Source: Peptococcaceae bacterium 1109 (lineage in GTDB: Bacteria > Bacillota > Limnochordia > Darwinibacteriales > Darwinibacteriaceae). Taken from it: a stretch of 64,000 nt of DNA. Made by a program: the position numbers and the translations under genes. This document shows, in pieces, positions 17,913-27,353 of this stretch (position 1 is the stretch's first letter; every line of letters begins with the position of its first letter). The stretch lies in NCBI GenBank assembly GCA_001028815.1, contig LDJB01000003.1, forward strand, positions 110,850-174,849. Direction: 5' to 3'. Under the pieces are notes generated by a model. It did no database searches. It was not told the DNA's origin and worked only from the letters and a program-made list of their open reading frames with translations.

Positions 17913-18767
17913 CCCCTGCTGGAATATTATGAAGATCCCTGTCAGTATTAGTATTCCTCCCAATACTTCTAGGAATGCTGGAGGTTCCTTAAGGAGAATC
18001 ATGGCAAGTAGGGTGGCCCCAAGGGGTTCCCCCAAAATGCTCACGCTCACCATGGAGGTGGGCAAGTATTTTAAAGCCCAGTTTAGGCTGGTATGGCCAA
18101 TTACAGTAGAAACGAACGCCAAGAGAAACAAGCTCCGCCAAGTGCCAGCAGAGTAACCTGTAAGGGGCTGGCGGAAGACGAGGGCTGCGGCCAAAAGGAA
18201 CAGCGCGCTAAAGCCGTAGGCTGCTGCTCCGTAAAGGCCGACCGGGACAGTGCGCCTTACCACTCTGCCCACGAGGAAGTAGCTTGCGGCCATCACCGCT
18301 CCCCCCAGGGCCATGAGGTTGCCCGCGAGGCGGGAAGCCCCCCCTGCATCCCCTGCGAAAGCCACCACAGCGCTGCCTGTAAGGGCCAGAGCCAAACCAG
18401 CCCAGGTCCGGCCTGTAGGGATTTCTCCCAAGAGCAGGGCCCCGAAGACGGTGACAAACACGGGCTGGGTTGTGACCAGCACTACGGAGCTGGTGACGCT
18501 GGTGTGAAACAAGGACGTGTTCCACAAGGCAAAATGGAGGGCAAGAAAGAAACCCGCGAGAGCCAGTACGCCCCAGGGGATTGGGGTGGACTTCATACTC
18601 CGCAGGTCGTAGGCGGCCCAGGGCACCATCAAAAGCGCGGCAAAAGCCATGCGGTAAAAGGCAATCGCGATGGGATCTGCCTCCGCCTGGCGGATAAAGA
18701 CCGCCGCACCGGAAATGGCCAAAACGCCAAAGATGAGAATGAGGCGTACACTTAAGCGGTTGTTCAC
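17856..18767 (-). CDS. EamA/DMT-superfamily transporter
   Basis: 303 aa, 10 TM-like segments, internal duplication typical of EamA. Confidence 0.8.
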   Translation of the reverse strand: MNNRLSVRLILIFGVLAISGAAVFIRQAEADPIAIAFYRMAFAALLMVPWAAYDLRSMKSTPIPWGVLALAGFFLALHFALWNTSLFHTSVTSSVVLVTTQPVFVTVFGALLLGEIPTGRTWAGLALALTGSAVVAFAGDAGGASRLAGNLMALGGAVMAASYFLVGRVVRRTVPVGLYGAAAYGFSALFLLAAALVFRQPLTGYSAGTWRSLFLLAFVSTVIGHTSLNWALKYLPTSMVSVSILGEPLGATLLAMILLKEPPAFLEVLGGILILTGIFIIFQQGSKENLQQSEAGGAEETSS

Positions 18768-19390
18768 TGCTTGTTCTCCTCTTGCTTGCGCAGATACTCC
18801 CGAAGCATGGCCGTGACCACATCCAAGGCCACGGTGTTAAACCCGCCTTCCGGAACGATCAGATCAGCATATTTCTTCGACGGCTCCACAAAGGCTTCGT
18901 GCATGGGCTTAACCGTGTTCAGATACTGCTTCACCACCGATTCCATGGTGCGGCGCCGCTCTGTCACATCCCGCATCAAACGGCGGAGGATGCGTACATC
19001 TGGGTCGGTGTCAATAAACACTTTGATGTCCAGCTCTGCCCTGAGGGCCGGGTCATGGAGGAGCAAGATCCCTTCAACCAAGATGATGGGATAGGGTTCC
19101 ACTTCCACGAATCGATCGGTGCGGGTGTATTCCTTGAAGTCGTAGACAGGTACCCGCACCTTCTCCCCTGCCTTTAGCCGTTGGAGGTGCTCCACCAAGA
19201 GCGCGTTTTCAAAGGCGTCGGGATGGTCGTAGTTGATCTTCACCCGCTGTGCAAAACTAAGGTGTTCGTTGGCATAATAATACGAGTCCTGGGAAATGAT
19301 CACCGAATCATGCCGAATTGCCCTCTGCAGGGATTGGGCAAAAGTGGTCTTTCCCGAACCCGTCCCACCGGCAATACCTACAATTATCAT
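18764..19390 (-). CDS. udk: uridine kinase
   Basis: MIIVGIAGGTGSGKTTFAQSL P-loop and ILVEGILLLHDPALRAELDIKVFIDTD. True ATG at 19390 (208 aa). The track ORF extending to 19972 is an over-extension. Confidence 0.85.
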   Translation of the reverse strand: MIIVGIAGGTGSGKTTFAQSLQRAIRHDSVIISQDSYYYANEHLSFAQRVKINYDHPDAFENALLVEHLQRLKAGEKVRVPVYDFKEYTRTDRFVEVEPYPIILVEGILLLHDPALRAELDIKVFIDTDPDVRILRRLMRDVTERRRTMESVVKQYLNTVKPMHEAFVEPSKKYADLIVPEGGFNTVALDVVTAMLREYLRKQEENKQ

Positions 19391-19492
19391 CACATGTTCA
19401 CCTGTTCTTATCCGTGTTCTTCTGGGGGATTTGTGTTCTCCATCACTGCAAGGATTTCCTTCCCTTGCGTTGAACAATAATCCAGGAAGGGA

Positions 19493-20008
19493 GTGAATGG
19501 CGTGAAAAAGGCTGTATTTATTATTGCGGAACAAAACTTCCGAGACGAGGAATACCAAGTCCCCAAGGAAGTGCTGGAGAAAAGCGGGATAGAAGTTGTC
19601 ACCGCTTCCACCACCACCGGTGAGTGCGTGGGCAAGCTGGGCATGAAGGTTACCCCTGAGATGCTGGTGAAGGACATTGATCCAGCCCAGTTCGATGCTC
19701 TCATCTTCGTGGGCGGCGGCGGCTCGGAGCAGTACTTTAGCGACAAAACCGCACACGAGCTGGCCCATACAGCATATGATCAGGGGAAGATCGTTGGTGC
19801 CATCTGCATCGCCCCGGTGATCCTCGCCAATGCAGGGCTGCTTAAGGGGCGGACAGCTACCGTGTACCCCGACGGCGCGCCCATCCTCAAAGAGCAGGGA
19901 GCCAACTACACCGGCGGCACCGTGGAAGTGGACGGACGGATCATCACTGGCAACGGGCCAGAGGCGGCCCAAGCCTTCGGCGAAAAGCTAGCCCAGCTCC
20001 TCTCGTAG
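19493..20008 (+). CDS. DJ-1/PfpI-family protein
   Basis: AICIAPVILANAGLL with the nucleophile-elbow Cys, preceded by ALIFVGGGGSEQY. GTG start at 19493 per the track; the in-frame GTG at 19502 has a better-spaced RBS. Confidence 0.8.
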   Translation: MNGVKKAVFIIAEQNFRDEEYQVPKEVLEKSGIEVVTASTTTGECVGKLGMKVTPEMLVKDIDPAQFDALIFVGGGGSEQYFSDKTAHELAHTAYDQGKIVGAICIAPVILANAGLLKGRTATVYPDGAPILKEQGANYTGGTVEVDGRIITGNGPEAAQAFGEKLAQLLS

Positions 20009-20041
20009 TCAAACCCATGCCCCCGGATTCGGGGGCATGCA

Positions 20042-20563
20042 CTATTCTGCGAGGTAACCGCGCCTTTTCAGTTCTGCCAAGATCCTCGCCATGGTGCCTT
20101 CATCAGGGGCCTCAATAGTGTGGAGGTGGAGCCCATCGGTAAGGACCAAGAGGGGCTCTGCCTTTGCTGCCTGCATTTTCCCTACGAACTGCTCCACATC
20201 GGCCATGGTCCGGCATTGGAGGTTGCCGGTCATTTCCCCATAGAGGGGATGTTCCACTGTCACATCAACCACTGCGCCCCCTAGCTCAACCACTACGGCG
20301 AGCTCATCCTTGATTTCCCCCAAATCCTCCGAATGGCGCGCAGCAATGGTCCGCCGCAGGCCGGGCCCCGGCTTTGTTGGATAAAGCAGGTAGCCTTGGG
20401 GCGTGGCCATGATGTTCTCCCCTTGAGCCCGGAGGATTGCAATATCTGCCACCACCACCTGGCGGGTGACGCCAAACTCCTGGCTGAGCTGTGTGCCAGT
20501 TACGGGCTCCTTTGCCTGCTTCAGCACCTTCAGAATCTCTGCACGCCGCTTAGCAGTGCGCAT
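20042..20563 (-). CDS. niaR: NiaR/YrxA-like transcriptional repressor (HTH + 3H domain)
   Basis: 173 aa. N-terminal HTH RRAEILKVLKQAKEPVTGTQLSQEFGVTRQVVVADIAIL and a C-terminal His-containing 3H-type domain (HPLYGEMTG...HLHTIE). Divergent from a small membrane protein, as in niacin regulons. Confidence 0.7.
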   Translation of the reverse strand: MRTAKRRAEILKVLKQAKEPVTGTQLSQEFGVTRQVVVADIAILRAQGENIMATPQGYLLYPTKPGPGLRRTIAARHSEDLGEIKDELAVVVELGGAVVDVTVEHPLYGEMTGNLQCRTMADVEQFVGKMQAAKAEPLLVLTDGLHLHTIEAPDEGTMARILAELKRRGYLAE

Positions 20564-20602
20564 AATTTTCCCTCCACTTTCCCGGCACTTTCTTGCACCT
20601 TA

Positions 20603-20652
20603 ACACCGCTTGGTGTAATATAGTGTATAGTATACAGGTGTATATACAGGTG
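20603..20652. promoter_or_regulatory. candidate NiaR operator region: inverted repeat ACACCgcttGGTGT plus tandem TATACAGGTG-ta-TATACAGGTG
   Basis: Repeats read directly at 20603-20616, 20631-20640 and 20643-20652. ACAGGTG-type half-sites are reminiscent of described NiaR boxes. Confidence 0.4.
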
Positions 20653-20674
20653 CTGCAATACTTTCTGAAAAGGA

Positions 20675-21205
20675 ATGGTGCAAATGCAGAGGCAATCACG
20701 TGTCCGGGAAATGCTTTACGGCGCACTCTTAACAGGAATGGCCATTCTCATCCCTATAGCATTTCGGGGTTGGCTCCAAGTTTACCTGCCGCCCTTTTCC
20801 GCGACCATTGGCAGCCACGTCCCGTCCATGTTGGCTATGGCCATCAGCCCGTGGACCGCGGTCCTGGTGGGGGTAGGCTCAGGATTGGGCTTCCTCATCA
20901 CCCTGGATGCGGTGATCGCCGCCCGGGCCCTCACCCACGCGCTGTTCGGCGCTGCCGGGGCATACCTTATCCGCCGAGGCGTTCCCCTCTGGCAGGCCAT
21001 TCTCATTACCCTGCCCATTCACGCGCTCAGCGAGGCCTTGGTGGTAATGCCCTTCGGCTTTGATCTTTATACATCCTTAGTTGTAGTAGGTGTGGGAACG
21101 GCCCTCCACCACTGCGTAGATGGCCTGATAACCACTGCCCTCTCAGGGGCCCTGGACAAGGCAGGGGTCCCCTTGAGGCTCCAGCCCCGCACCGTAACCC
21201 GCTAA
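20675..21205 (+). CDS. small polytopic membrane protein, putative niacin/vitamin uptake component (NiaX / ECF S-component-like)
   Basis: 176 aa with 5-6 hydrophobic helices. Divergent from niaR and sharing its operator region. Function assigned by synteny only. Confidence 0.4.
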   Translation: MVQMQRQSRVREMLYGALLTGMAILIPIAFRGWLQVYLPPFSATIGSHVPSMLAMAISPWTAVLVGVGSGLGFLITLDAVIAARALTHALFGAAGAYLIRRGVPLWQAILITLPIHALSEALVVMPFGFDLYTSLVVVGVGTALHHCVDGLITTALSGALDKAGVPLRLQPRTVTR

Positions 21206-21241
21206 AAACAAAGCCCAGCTCCTCGAGCTGGGCTTTGTTTT
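21204..21241. terminator. bidirectional Rho-independent terminator
   Basis: AAAAACAAAGCCCAGCTC-ctc-GAGCTGGGCTTTGTTTT: GC-rich 12-bp stem flanked by an A-run and a T-run, exactly between the convergent stops at 21205 and 21240. Confidence 0.65.
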
Positions 21242-22388
21242 ACGCGAGAGCCGCCGTCGCCCGCTGCAGCAGCTCAATAATGGCGAGGTTCTGCGGGCAT
21301 ACCGATTCGCACTGGCCACAGGCGACACATTGATCCGCAGCCTTGTTTCCTTCAACAAGCTGCTTGTAGTGCCATTTCCCCTCTCCCGGCCGGTTGTAGA
21401 TTACGGAGCTGTTCCAGATGGCAAAGACGTCCGGAATCTCCACCCCTTGGGGGCACGGCAAGCAGTAGCGGCAGTCTGTGCACTTCACCATGGTCCGCTC
21501 CAAGAAAAACTCCTGAGCCTTCTTAAACAAGGCCAATTCTTCAGCTGTGAGGGAGTTGGGTGCAGCTTCAGACATGGTAGCAATATTGGCCTTCACCTCA
21601 TCGAGCGTCCCCATACCACTTAGGGCCACCGTCACTTCCGGGAAATTGCACACCCAGCGGAACGCCCAATCAGCGGCAGACCTGCCCGTGCCTGTTTGGT
21701 CCCAAAGGGCTTGGATTTCTGCGGGCATGTTTTTTGCCAGTTTGCCGCCTCGTAGAGGTTCCATGATCACTACCGCGAGCCCCTTTTCCGCGGCATAGCG
21801 GAGGCCTTCTACTCCTGCCTGGTAGTTTTCGTCCATGTAGTTTAACTGAATCTGACAGAAGTTCCAGTCATACGCGTCCACGATTTCCTTGAAAAGGCTG
21901 AGATCATCATGGAAGGAAAAGCCGGCGTACTTAATGCGCCCATCGGCCTTGGCCTGATCCAGGAACTCCAGAACGCTGCACCGCTTCACCGTCTGCCATG
22001 TATCCTTCCCCAAGGCGTGGAGAAGGTACATGTCAATATAGTCTGTCTGCAGCCGGTCCAGCTGTTCGTTTAAGTAAAGGTCGCAGTCTTCCCTGGTGTT
22101 CACCTTCCACACCGGGAGTTTCGTGGCGAGCTTCACCCGCTCCCGATATCCATCCTTGAGGGCAAGACCTAAGAAGACTTCGCTTTTCTCCTCGTGGTAC
22201 GGATATGCGGTGTCGAGATAGTCCACCCCGTTGTCGATGGCATACCGCACCATCTCCACTGCCTTATCGTAGTCGATCTTCCCCACCAGGCTATCAGGGG
22301 CTGGCTCCTCCACCGTAGGCAGGCGCATGCAGCCAAAACCAAGGAGTGATACGTCAAAATCTAGTTTTCCAAACTTCCTTCTCTGCAA
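21240..22388 (-). CDS. aldo/keto reductase with C-terminal 4Fe-4S ferredoxin-type domain
   Basis: AKR motifs (GFGCMRL, DTAYPYH) plus C-terminal CTDCRYCLPCPQG ... CVACGQCESVCP cluster-binding Cys motifs. Confidence 0.85.
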   Translation of the reverse strand: MQRRKFGKLDFDVSLLGFGCMRLPTVEEPAPDSLVGKIDYDKAVEMVRYAIDNGVDYLDTAYPYHEEKSEVFLGLALKDGYRERVKLATKLPVWKVNTREDCDLYLNEQLDRLQTDYIDMYLLHALGKDTWQTVKRCSVLEFLDQAKADGRIKYAGFSFHDDLSLFKEIVDAYDWNFCQIQLNYMDENYQAGVEGLRYAAEKGLAVVIMEPLRGGKLAKNMPAEIQALWDQTGTGRSAADWAFRWVCNFPEVTVALSGMGTLDEVKANIATMSEAAPNSLTAEELALFKKAQEFFLERTMVKCTDCRYCLPCPQGVEIPDVFAIWNSSVIYNRPGEGKWHYKQLVEGNKAADQCVACGQCESVCPQNLAIIELLQRATAALA

Positions 22389-22509
22389 TGTTATGCGCTC
22401 CCTTGTCCATCTAACATGTGTTTCGTTTAATATATTCGCACGTTCTCACAGGATCCCTGCCGCCTTTGCTCCCTAAGAAGCAGGGGATAAGCCCCCTCTC
22501 CTCGAACTA

Positions 22510-23728
22510 ATGTTCTTTGAGGTGAGAGAGATGTTGCTGTCGGTTGTGTTAGGGCTAGTTCTTGGGCTGATTGTGGGAGCCCTTGTTACCTATGCGCTTA
22601 TGGTGAAGCGCACCTCCCGGCTTCAAAGCGAGCTGGAAGTGGTGCGCCAGTTTAAAGAGCTAGATGCTCAGCGCCTTGCTCGGGTGGAAGAAGAGTTTCG
22701 CGATGCTTTCCAGGCCCTGGCGCAGGAGATCTTAGAAGCCAAGGCGGAGAGCTTCTCCCACCACAATGCCCGCCAGCTCCAAGCCATCTTGGAACCCTTG
22801 CGGGATCGCATCCGAGAATTTCAAGCCAAGGTGGAGGAAACCCACACGGAGAGTATGGCGAAAATCCAGTTTTTGGAGCATATTGGCCTGAGTATGTCTC
22901 AGGAGGCGGAGCGCCTTGCGAAAGCCCTTAAGGGGGGAAGTCAAGACCCAGGGAACCTGGGGAGAAGTCATCCTGGAGCGGATCTTAGAGGAGTCGGGCC
23001 TAAGAGAAGGGTACGAATACGTCCTCCAAGGGGAAGGCCTAGACCTGCGCAACCAGCAAGGCAACCGCATCCGCCCAGATGTGGTCATTAGACTTCCCCA
23101 AGGCCGGCATGTGATCGTCGACGCCAAAGTTTCGCTGGTGGCTTACGAACGCTATGTTAACAGCTCTGAGCCCGAGGAACAGGCCAAAGCAGGGGCTGAC
23201 TTAGTGCGGTCCATTAAAGCCCATATTGACGGGCTCCACAGCCGGGCGTACCAGCACCAGCCGGAGATGAACTCCCCTGATTACGTCGTGCTGTTTATGC
23301 CCCTGGAGGGGGCCTTAGCCACTGCCCTCAGCCTTGATCCAGAGCTCACCAGTTATGGGTGGAAGCAGGGCGTGGTCCTTACCACTCCCACCACGCTCAT
23401 GGCGACCTTAGGCATCATCGCCCACCTTTGGCGCCAAGAAAACCAACAGGCACACGCCCTCGAAATTGCCCGCCAGAGCGGCGCCCTGTATGATAAGTTC
23501 GTAGGGTTTGTGGCCTCGTTAGAGGAAGTGGGCAAGCACATCGAGCGCTCCCAAACGGCTTACCAAAAAGCCTATAACCAGCTTAAGACCGGCCGGGGCA
23601 ACCTCATTGCCCGGGCCGAAGGGTTACGGGACATGGGCGCGGCGGCATCAAAACGCCTGCCGGATGGCCTAGTTGAAGCGGCTCTCGATGGTGACAGCAT
23701 GCATTCCCCTGTTGAAGCAGAGGTATAG
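22510..23728 (+). pseudogene. rmuC: DNA recombination protein RmuC, split by a +1 frameshift in a G6 run (22932-22937)
   Basis: The track gives two overlapping ORFs (22510..23091 and 22916..23728). Frame 1 ends ...AKALKGG; frame 2 continues EVKTQGTWGEVILERILE, the conserved RmuC block. Removing one G restores ALKGEVKTQGTWGEV in one frame. Confidence 0.75.
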
Positions 23729-23772
23729 TAGGGATAACAAGAGACCCAGCCCAGAAAGGACCGGGACGTAAT

Positions 23773-24360
23773 TTGAACAGAGCCAGTACGATTATCCAGA
23801 ACGTGATCGACGATATCCAAACCCCCATTACATTCGGGGAGTTCATGGCAAAACTGCAGGACAAAGGGTTTGCGCTGTTAATCATCGCGGCATCCTTGGT
23901 GGTCCTCATCCCCACCCCGCCAGGCCTTAACTTCTTCTCAGGGCTCTTCGTGCTGGTGTGGGCTGTGCAGCGGGTTCTAGGAAAGCAAACTCCCTGGATG
24001 CCACGGTTTGTGAGGAACAAAGAAGTATCCCCAGAGTTCCTCCGGTTTATCCGGGACAAGGGGGTGCCGTACCTCGTCAAACTAGAACGGTTCTTGCCCA
24101 AGACAAGCGCTGCCAGTATGGCCAATCCCTTTGAGACGAAAGCGGCCTCTGTGATCCTCTTGGCCATGGCCGTCTTGACGGTCATGCCCACACCGTTCCT
24201 TAATACCATCCCCGCCGCGGTGATTACCCTTGTGGGCCTAGGAATGCTCAACGGCAATCGCTATATTATCTGGACCAGCTTCTTCGCGGGGCTGGTGGCC
24301 AGTGCCATCATCGTGAACGTCCTTTGGTTCAGCACCGACTTCCTGCTGGGGCTGTTCTAG
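23773..24360 (+). CDS. exoD: exopolysaccharide synthesis ExoD-family membrane protein
   Basis: 195 aa. FALLIIAASLVVLIPTPPGLNFFSGLFVLVWAVQ is typical of ExoD. Confidence 0.7.
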   Translation: MNRASTIIQNVIDDIQTPITFGEFMAKLQDKGFALLIIAASLVVLIPTPPGLNFFSGLFVLVWAVQRVLGKQTPWMPRFVRNKEVSPEFLRFIRDKGVPYLVKLERFLPKTSAASMANPFETKAASVILLAMAVLTVMPTPFLNTIPAAVITLVGLGMLNGNRYIIWTSFFAGLVASAIIVNVLWFSTDFLLGLF

Positions 24361-24362
24361 CC

Positions 24363-25058
24363 CTAGATGTTGGGGATCTGCCAGTCAACTTCCTCCATCC
24401 CCTGTGCCTTGAGAAAAGCATTGGCCTGGGAAAAATGCCTACAGCCGAAAAAGCCCCTGAACGCAGAGAGAGGGCTGGGATGGGCCGCGGTGAGCACCAA
24501 GTGGCGGCGATTGGTCAAAAGGCGCTCCTTGGCCTTGGCAGGATTGCCCCACAGCATGAATACCATCGGCTCTGGCCTCTCATTCAGACGCTGGATCACG
24601 CTATCGGTAAACTGCTCCCACCCTTTCCCGCGGTGGGACCCTGCCTGCCCTGCCCGCACCGTGAGGCTGGCATTGAGGAGCAGCACCCCCTGCTTCGCCC
24701 AGGGGATGAGGCAGCCGTTGTTCGGAGTATAACAGCCCAGGTCATCCTGGAGCTCCTTGAAGATGTTTACTAATGAACGTGGAATGGGTACCCCTGGCTT
24801 AACGGAAAAAGCCAGCCCGTGGGCTTGTCCCGGGCCATGGTATGGATCTTGCCCTAAGATAACCACCTTGATCTGAGAATAGGATGCAAGCTTTAGCGCC
24901 TCAAAGATCTCGTACATATCCGGGTAGATTGTCCGGATATAGTATTCCCGCTTGAGAAACTCCCGCAGGTTAAGGTAGTACGGCTGGCGGAATTCGTCGG
25001 CAAGCAGTTCATCCCACTCATTCCCTAAGTTAACCATTCGGCCATCACCACAAATCAC
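24363..25058 (-). CDS. ung: uracil-DNA glycosylase, family 1
   Basis: VVILGQDPYHGPGQAHGLAFSV and LLLNASLTVRAGQAGSH motifs. Start overlaps the upstream ORF by 4 bp. Its stop lies 2 bp from the convergent exoD stop. Confidence 0.9.
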   Translation of the reverse strand: MICGDGRMVNLGNEWDELLADEFRQPYYLNLREFLKREYYIRTIYPDMYEIFEALKLASYSQIKVVILGQDPYHGPGQAHGLAFSVKPGVPIPRSLVNIFKELQDDLGCYTPNNGCLIPWAKQGVLLLNASLTVRAGQAGSHRGKGWEQFTDSVIQRLNERPEPMVFMLWGNPAKAKERLLTNRRHLVLTAAHPSPLSAFRGFFGCRHFSQANAFLKAQGMEEVDWQIPNI

Positions 25059-27280
25059 CGTTTTTCCAAGAAATCCATGAGCGTTTGGTAAATGTCCCCG
25101 GTCCCCGCCTCGCCATTACTGAGGATGGTAACCTCTTGCTCCAGGGCTGGGATCACGCTTGTCACCATGCTGGATCCAGGCCCTGTGCCCCACACTGTGT
25201 AGGACGTTAAGCCGTTCCTAGTCCTGCTGGCAAAGGGCCGCAGAACTTCTGGCAAAACCGCCTCTGAGACCAAATCTCCGCCCAGCAATGCCCACCAGAA
25301 CCTATGCAGATCGTCCGCGGTGGTATACGCTCCGCCGCTTGGCCCCCCTTGCAGGGGAACAGCCAGTATGTTTTCCACCCACTCAGAGCCTGAGGACAGA
25401 TACCCCACCGCAGTGCCTTCTGGCAGTTGATTGAGAAGATAGTAGCCTGTGCTTGCCATTCCCACTGGAGTGAAAATGCGGGCCGCTGCAAACGCGGCAA
25501 AAGGCTCTTCCGCATGTGCTTCCACAATCCGCCCCACAAGTTCCAGGCGCTGCTCAAGGCCTTCCCCATCGGAGAAGAGCTCCGCTATGGTAAGGTCCCT
25601 TGCCCAAGGAGGAAGCCCATCCCTTAAGCAGCACAGGGCTGGGGTGTTAAATGTAAACTTCCCTTCATCGGCCAGGAGTGCTGCGGCCACCGCAGTGAAA
25701 ATCCGGCTCCCCGAGGCCATGTTAAAGCGAGTATTGGACGTGTTGGGCACTGCAAACCTCCGGCTCGCGAAGCCGTAGGTTCCGGAGAAGATTTGCTCTT
25801 GGCCTTCCCACACCTTGATCACACCGGCAAAGGCTGGGTCGATCTGGGCTTCGCTAAAGCCCGCCACCCCCAGGCGTTCCACCGTATTTGGGCTGAGCTC
25901 AAACACTTCGTCAAGGCGCGGGACAATCGTCCTCAACCCCAGCTTGTCTGTAATGTCCTGGGCAAATTCCCGGGCCACTGACTTCTCCCCATGGACTACA
26001 AAGACTCTTTTCACGTCTTTGAACTCACCCAACCAGCCCATGAGGGCCTCCCGGTCGCCGTGCGCGGAAAACCCGGTGATGGTATGGATTTTTGCCCGCA
26101 CCCGCACCTGCTCTCCGTGGATACGGACCTCCTTCGCTCCATCTTGCAGCTGCCTTCCTAAGGTCCCTTCAGCTTGGTAGCCGATGAGGAGCACCGCTGC
26201 CTCGGGACGCCAAAGGTTGTGCCTGAGATGGTGCTTGATGCGTCCCGCATCGCACATTCCGCTGGCAGAAATGATAATAGCTCCGCCCCGGATATCATTG
26301 AGGCGCTTAGAGTCTTCCACGCTTTGGGTGTAGTGCAGCCCCGCAAACTCGAAGGGTGAACGGCCTTCCTCAAGCATAGTGCGGGTTTCGAAGTCAAAGA
26401 AGGCCTGGTGCTTTCGGAAGATCTCCGTGGCCGAGGTGGCTAGGGGGCTATCCACATAAACCTTCACAGGGGGGATTTCCCCTACATCTAACAGCTTCCG
26501 CAGTTCATGGAGGAGGTCCTGGGTGCGGCCTAAGGCGAAGGCGGGGATCAAAAGGTTCCCACCTCTGGCCATGGTCTCCCGCACAACCTCTGCCAGGCGC
26601 TCTCGGCGGTTTTCCCGGTCTTGGTGCAGGCGAGTACCGTAGGTGGACTCTACAATCACATAATCCGCATCTTGAAGGAAGGTGGGATCCTGGACGATGG
26701 GCTGATCGAGGTTTCCCATATCCCCAGAGAACACTAACTTCACCGTGCCCCCCTCTTCAGTGACCCACACTTCCACCAAGGCCGCACCGAGGATATGGCC
26801 TGCATCCCGCATGCGGATGGCCAGGCCAGGGAGGATTTCCACCCTCTCATCGTAGACCATGGGCCGGAACTGCGCTAGAGTCTTGTCCGCATCTGCCTTC
26901 GTGTAGATGGGCTCTAGAAGGGGCTTGCCCTGCCTGCTTAAGCGGCGGTTCTTCCGCTCAACCTCCGCTTCTTGGATGTAGGCAGAATCAGGCAGCATGA
27001 TCGTGCACAAGTCCGCGGTAGCATCCGTTGCATAAATAGGCCCGGAAAACCCGTGCTTGACGAGCTTGGGCAGAAGGCCGCTGTGATCAATGTGGGCATG
27101 GGTTAAGATCACCGCATCGATTTCTAGCGGGTTAAACGGAAAGCTGCCGTAGTTGCGCTCCTTCAGTTCCCGGGGCCCATGGAACATCCCACAGTCCACC
27201 AACACCTGATAAATCCCGAACCGCAGCAGAAAACAGGAACCGCTCACTGTCTCTGCCGCGCCTAAGAACTCCAGCTGCAC
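25055..27280 (-). CDS. beta-CASP metallo-beta-lactamase-fold ribonuclease (N-terminal ~470 aa) fused to a C-terminal degenerate serine-beta-lactamase-like domain (~270 aa)
   Basis: N-terminal part: ILTHAHIDHSGLLP (HxHxDH) and a beta-CASP layout ending GFSAHGD. C-terminal part aligns to class-C beta-lactamase/PBP-like proteins, but SxxK is SGSR and the KTG box is WGTG. One continuous 741-aa frame. Confidence 0.7.
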   Translation of the reverse strand: MQLEFLGAAETVSGSCFLLRFGIYQVLVDCGMFHGPRELKERNYGSFPFNPLEIDAVILTHAHIDHSGLLPKLVKHGFSGPIYATDATADLCTIMLPDSAYIQEAEVERKNRRLSRQGKPLLEPIYTKADADKTLAQFRPMVYDERVEILPGLAIRMRDAGHILGAALVEVWVTEEGGTVKLVFSGDMGNLDQPIVQDPTFLQDADYVIVESTYGTRLHQDRENRRERLAEVVRETMARGGNLLIPAFALGRTQDLLHELRKLLDVGEIPPVKVYVDSPLATSATEIFRKHQAFFDFETRTMLEEGRSPFEFAGLHYTQSVEDSKRLNDIRGGAIIISASGMCDAGRIKHHLRHNLWRPEAAVLLIGYQAEGTLGRQLQDGAKEVRIHGEQVRVRAKIHTITGFSAHGDREALMGWLGEFKDVKRVFVVHGEKSVAREFAQDITDKLGLRTIVPRLDEVFELSPNTVERLGVAGFSEAQIDPAFAGVIKVWEGQEQIFSGTYGFASRRFAVPNTSNTRFNMASGSRIFTAVAAALLADEGKFTFNTPALCCLRDGLPPWARDLTIAELFSDGEGLEQRLELVGRIVEAHAEEPFAAFAAARIFTPVGMASTGYYLLNQLPEGTAVGYLSSGSEWVENILAVPLQGGPSGGAYTTADDLHRFWWALLGGDLVSEAVLPEVLRPFASRTRNGLTSYTVWGTGPGSSMVTSVIPALEQEVTILSNGEAGTGDIYQTLMDFLEKR

Positions 27281-27353
27281 CCCAACACCTTCTTTATCTA
27301 AGTGTTAAGTAATGGTTCGACCCCCGACAGTGGGATTCCTGTTGTAAAAACCC

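Noticed and set aside
18093-18822. 220-aa (+) and 204-aa (-) ORFs inside the EamA transporter gene
   Set aside because: Overlapping alternative frames of a well-supported membrane-protein gene. Cys/His/Arg-rich and non-protein-like.
19391-19972. N-terminal 190-aa extension of the uridine kinase ORF
   Set aside because: No protein-like features. The canonical Udk start MIIVGIAGGTGSGKT with an RBS lies at 19390.
20593-21063. 156-aa plus-strand ORF overlapping the NiaX-like gene in another frame
   Set aside because: The Pro/Arg/Gly-rich product is implausible. The hydrophobic in-frame ORF 20675..21205 is the real gene.
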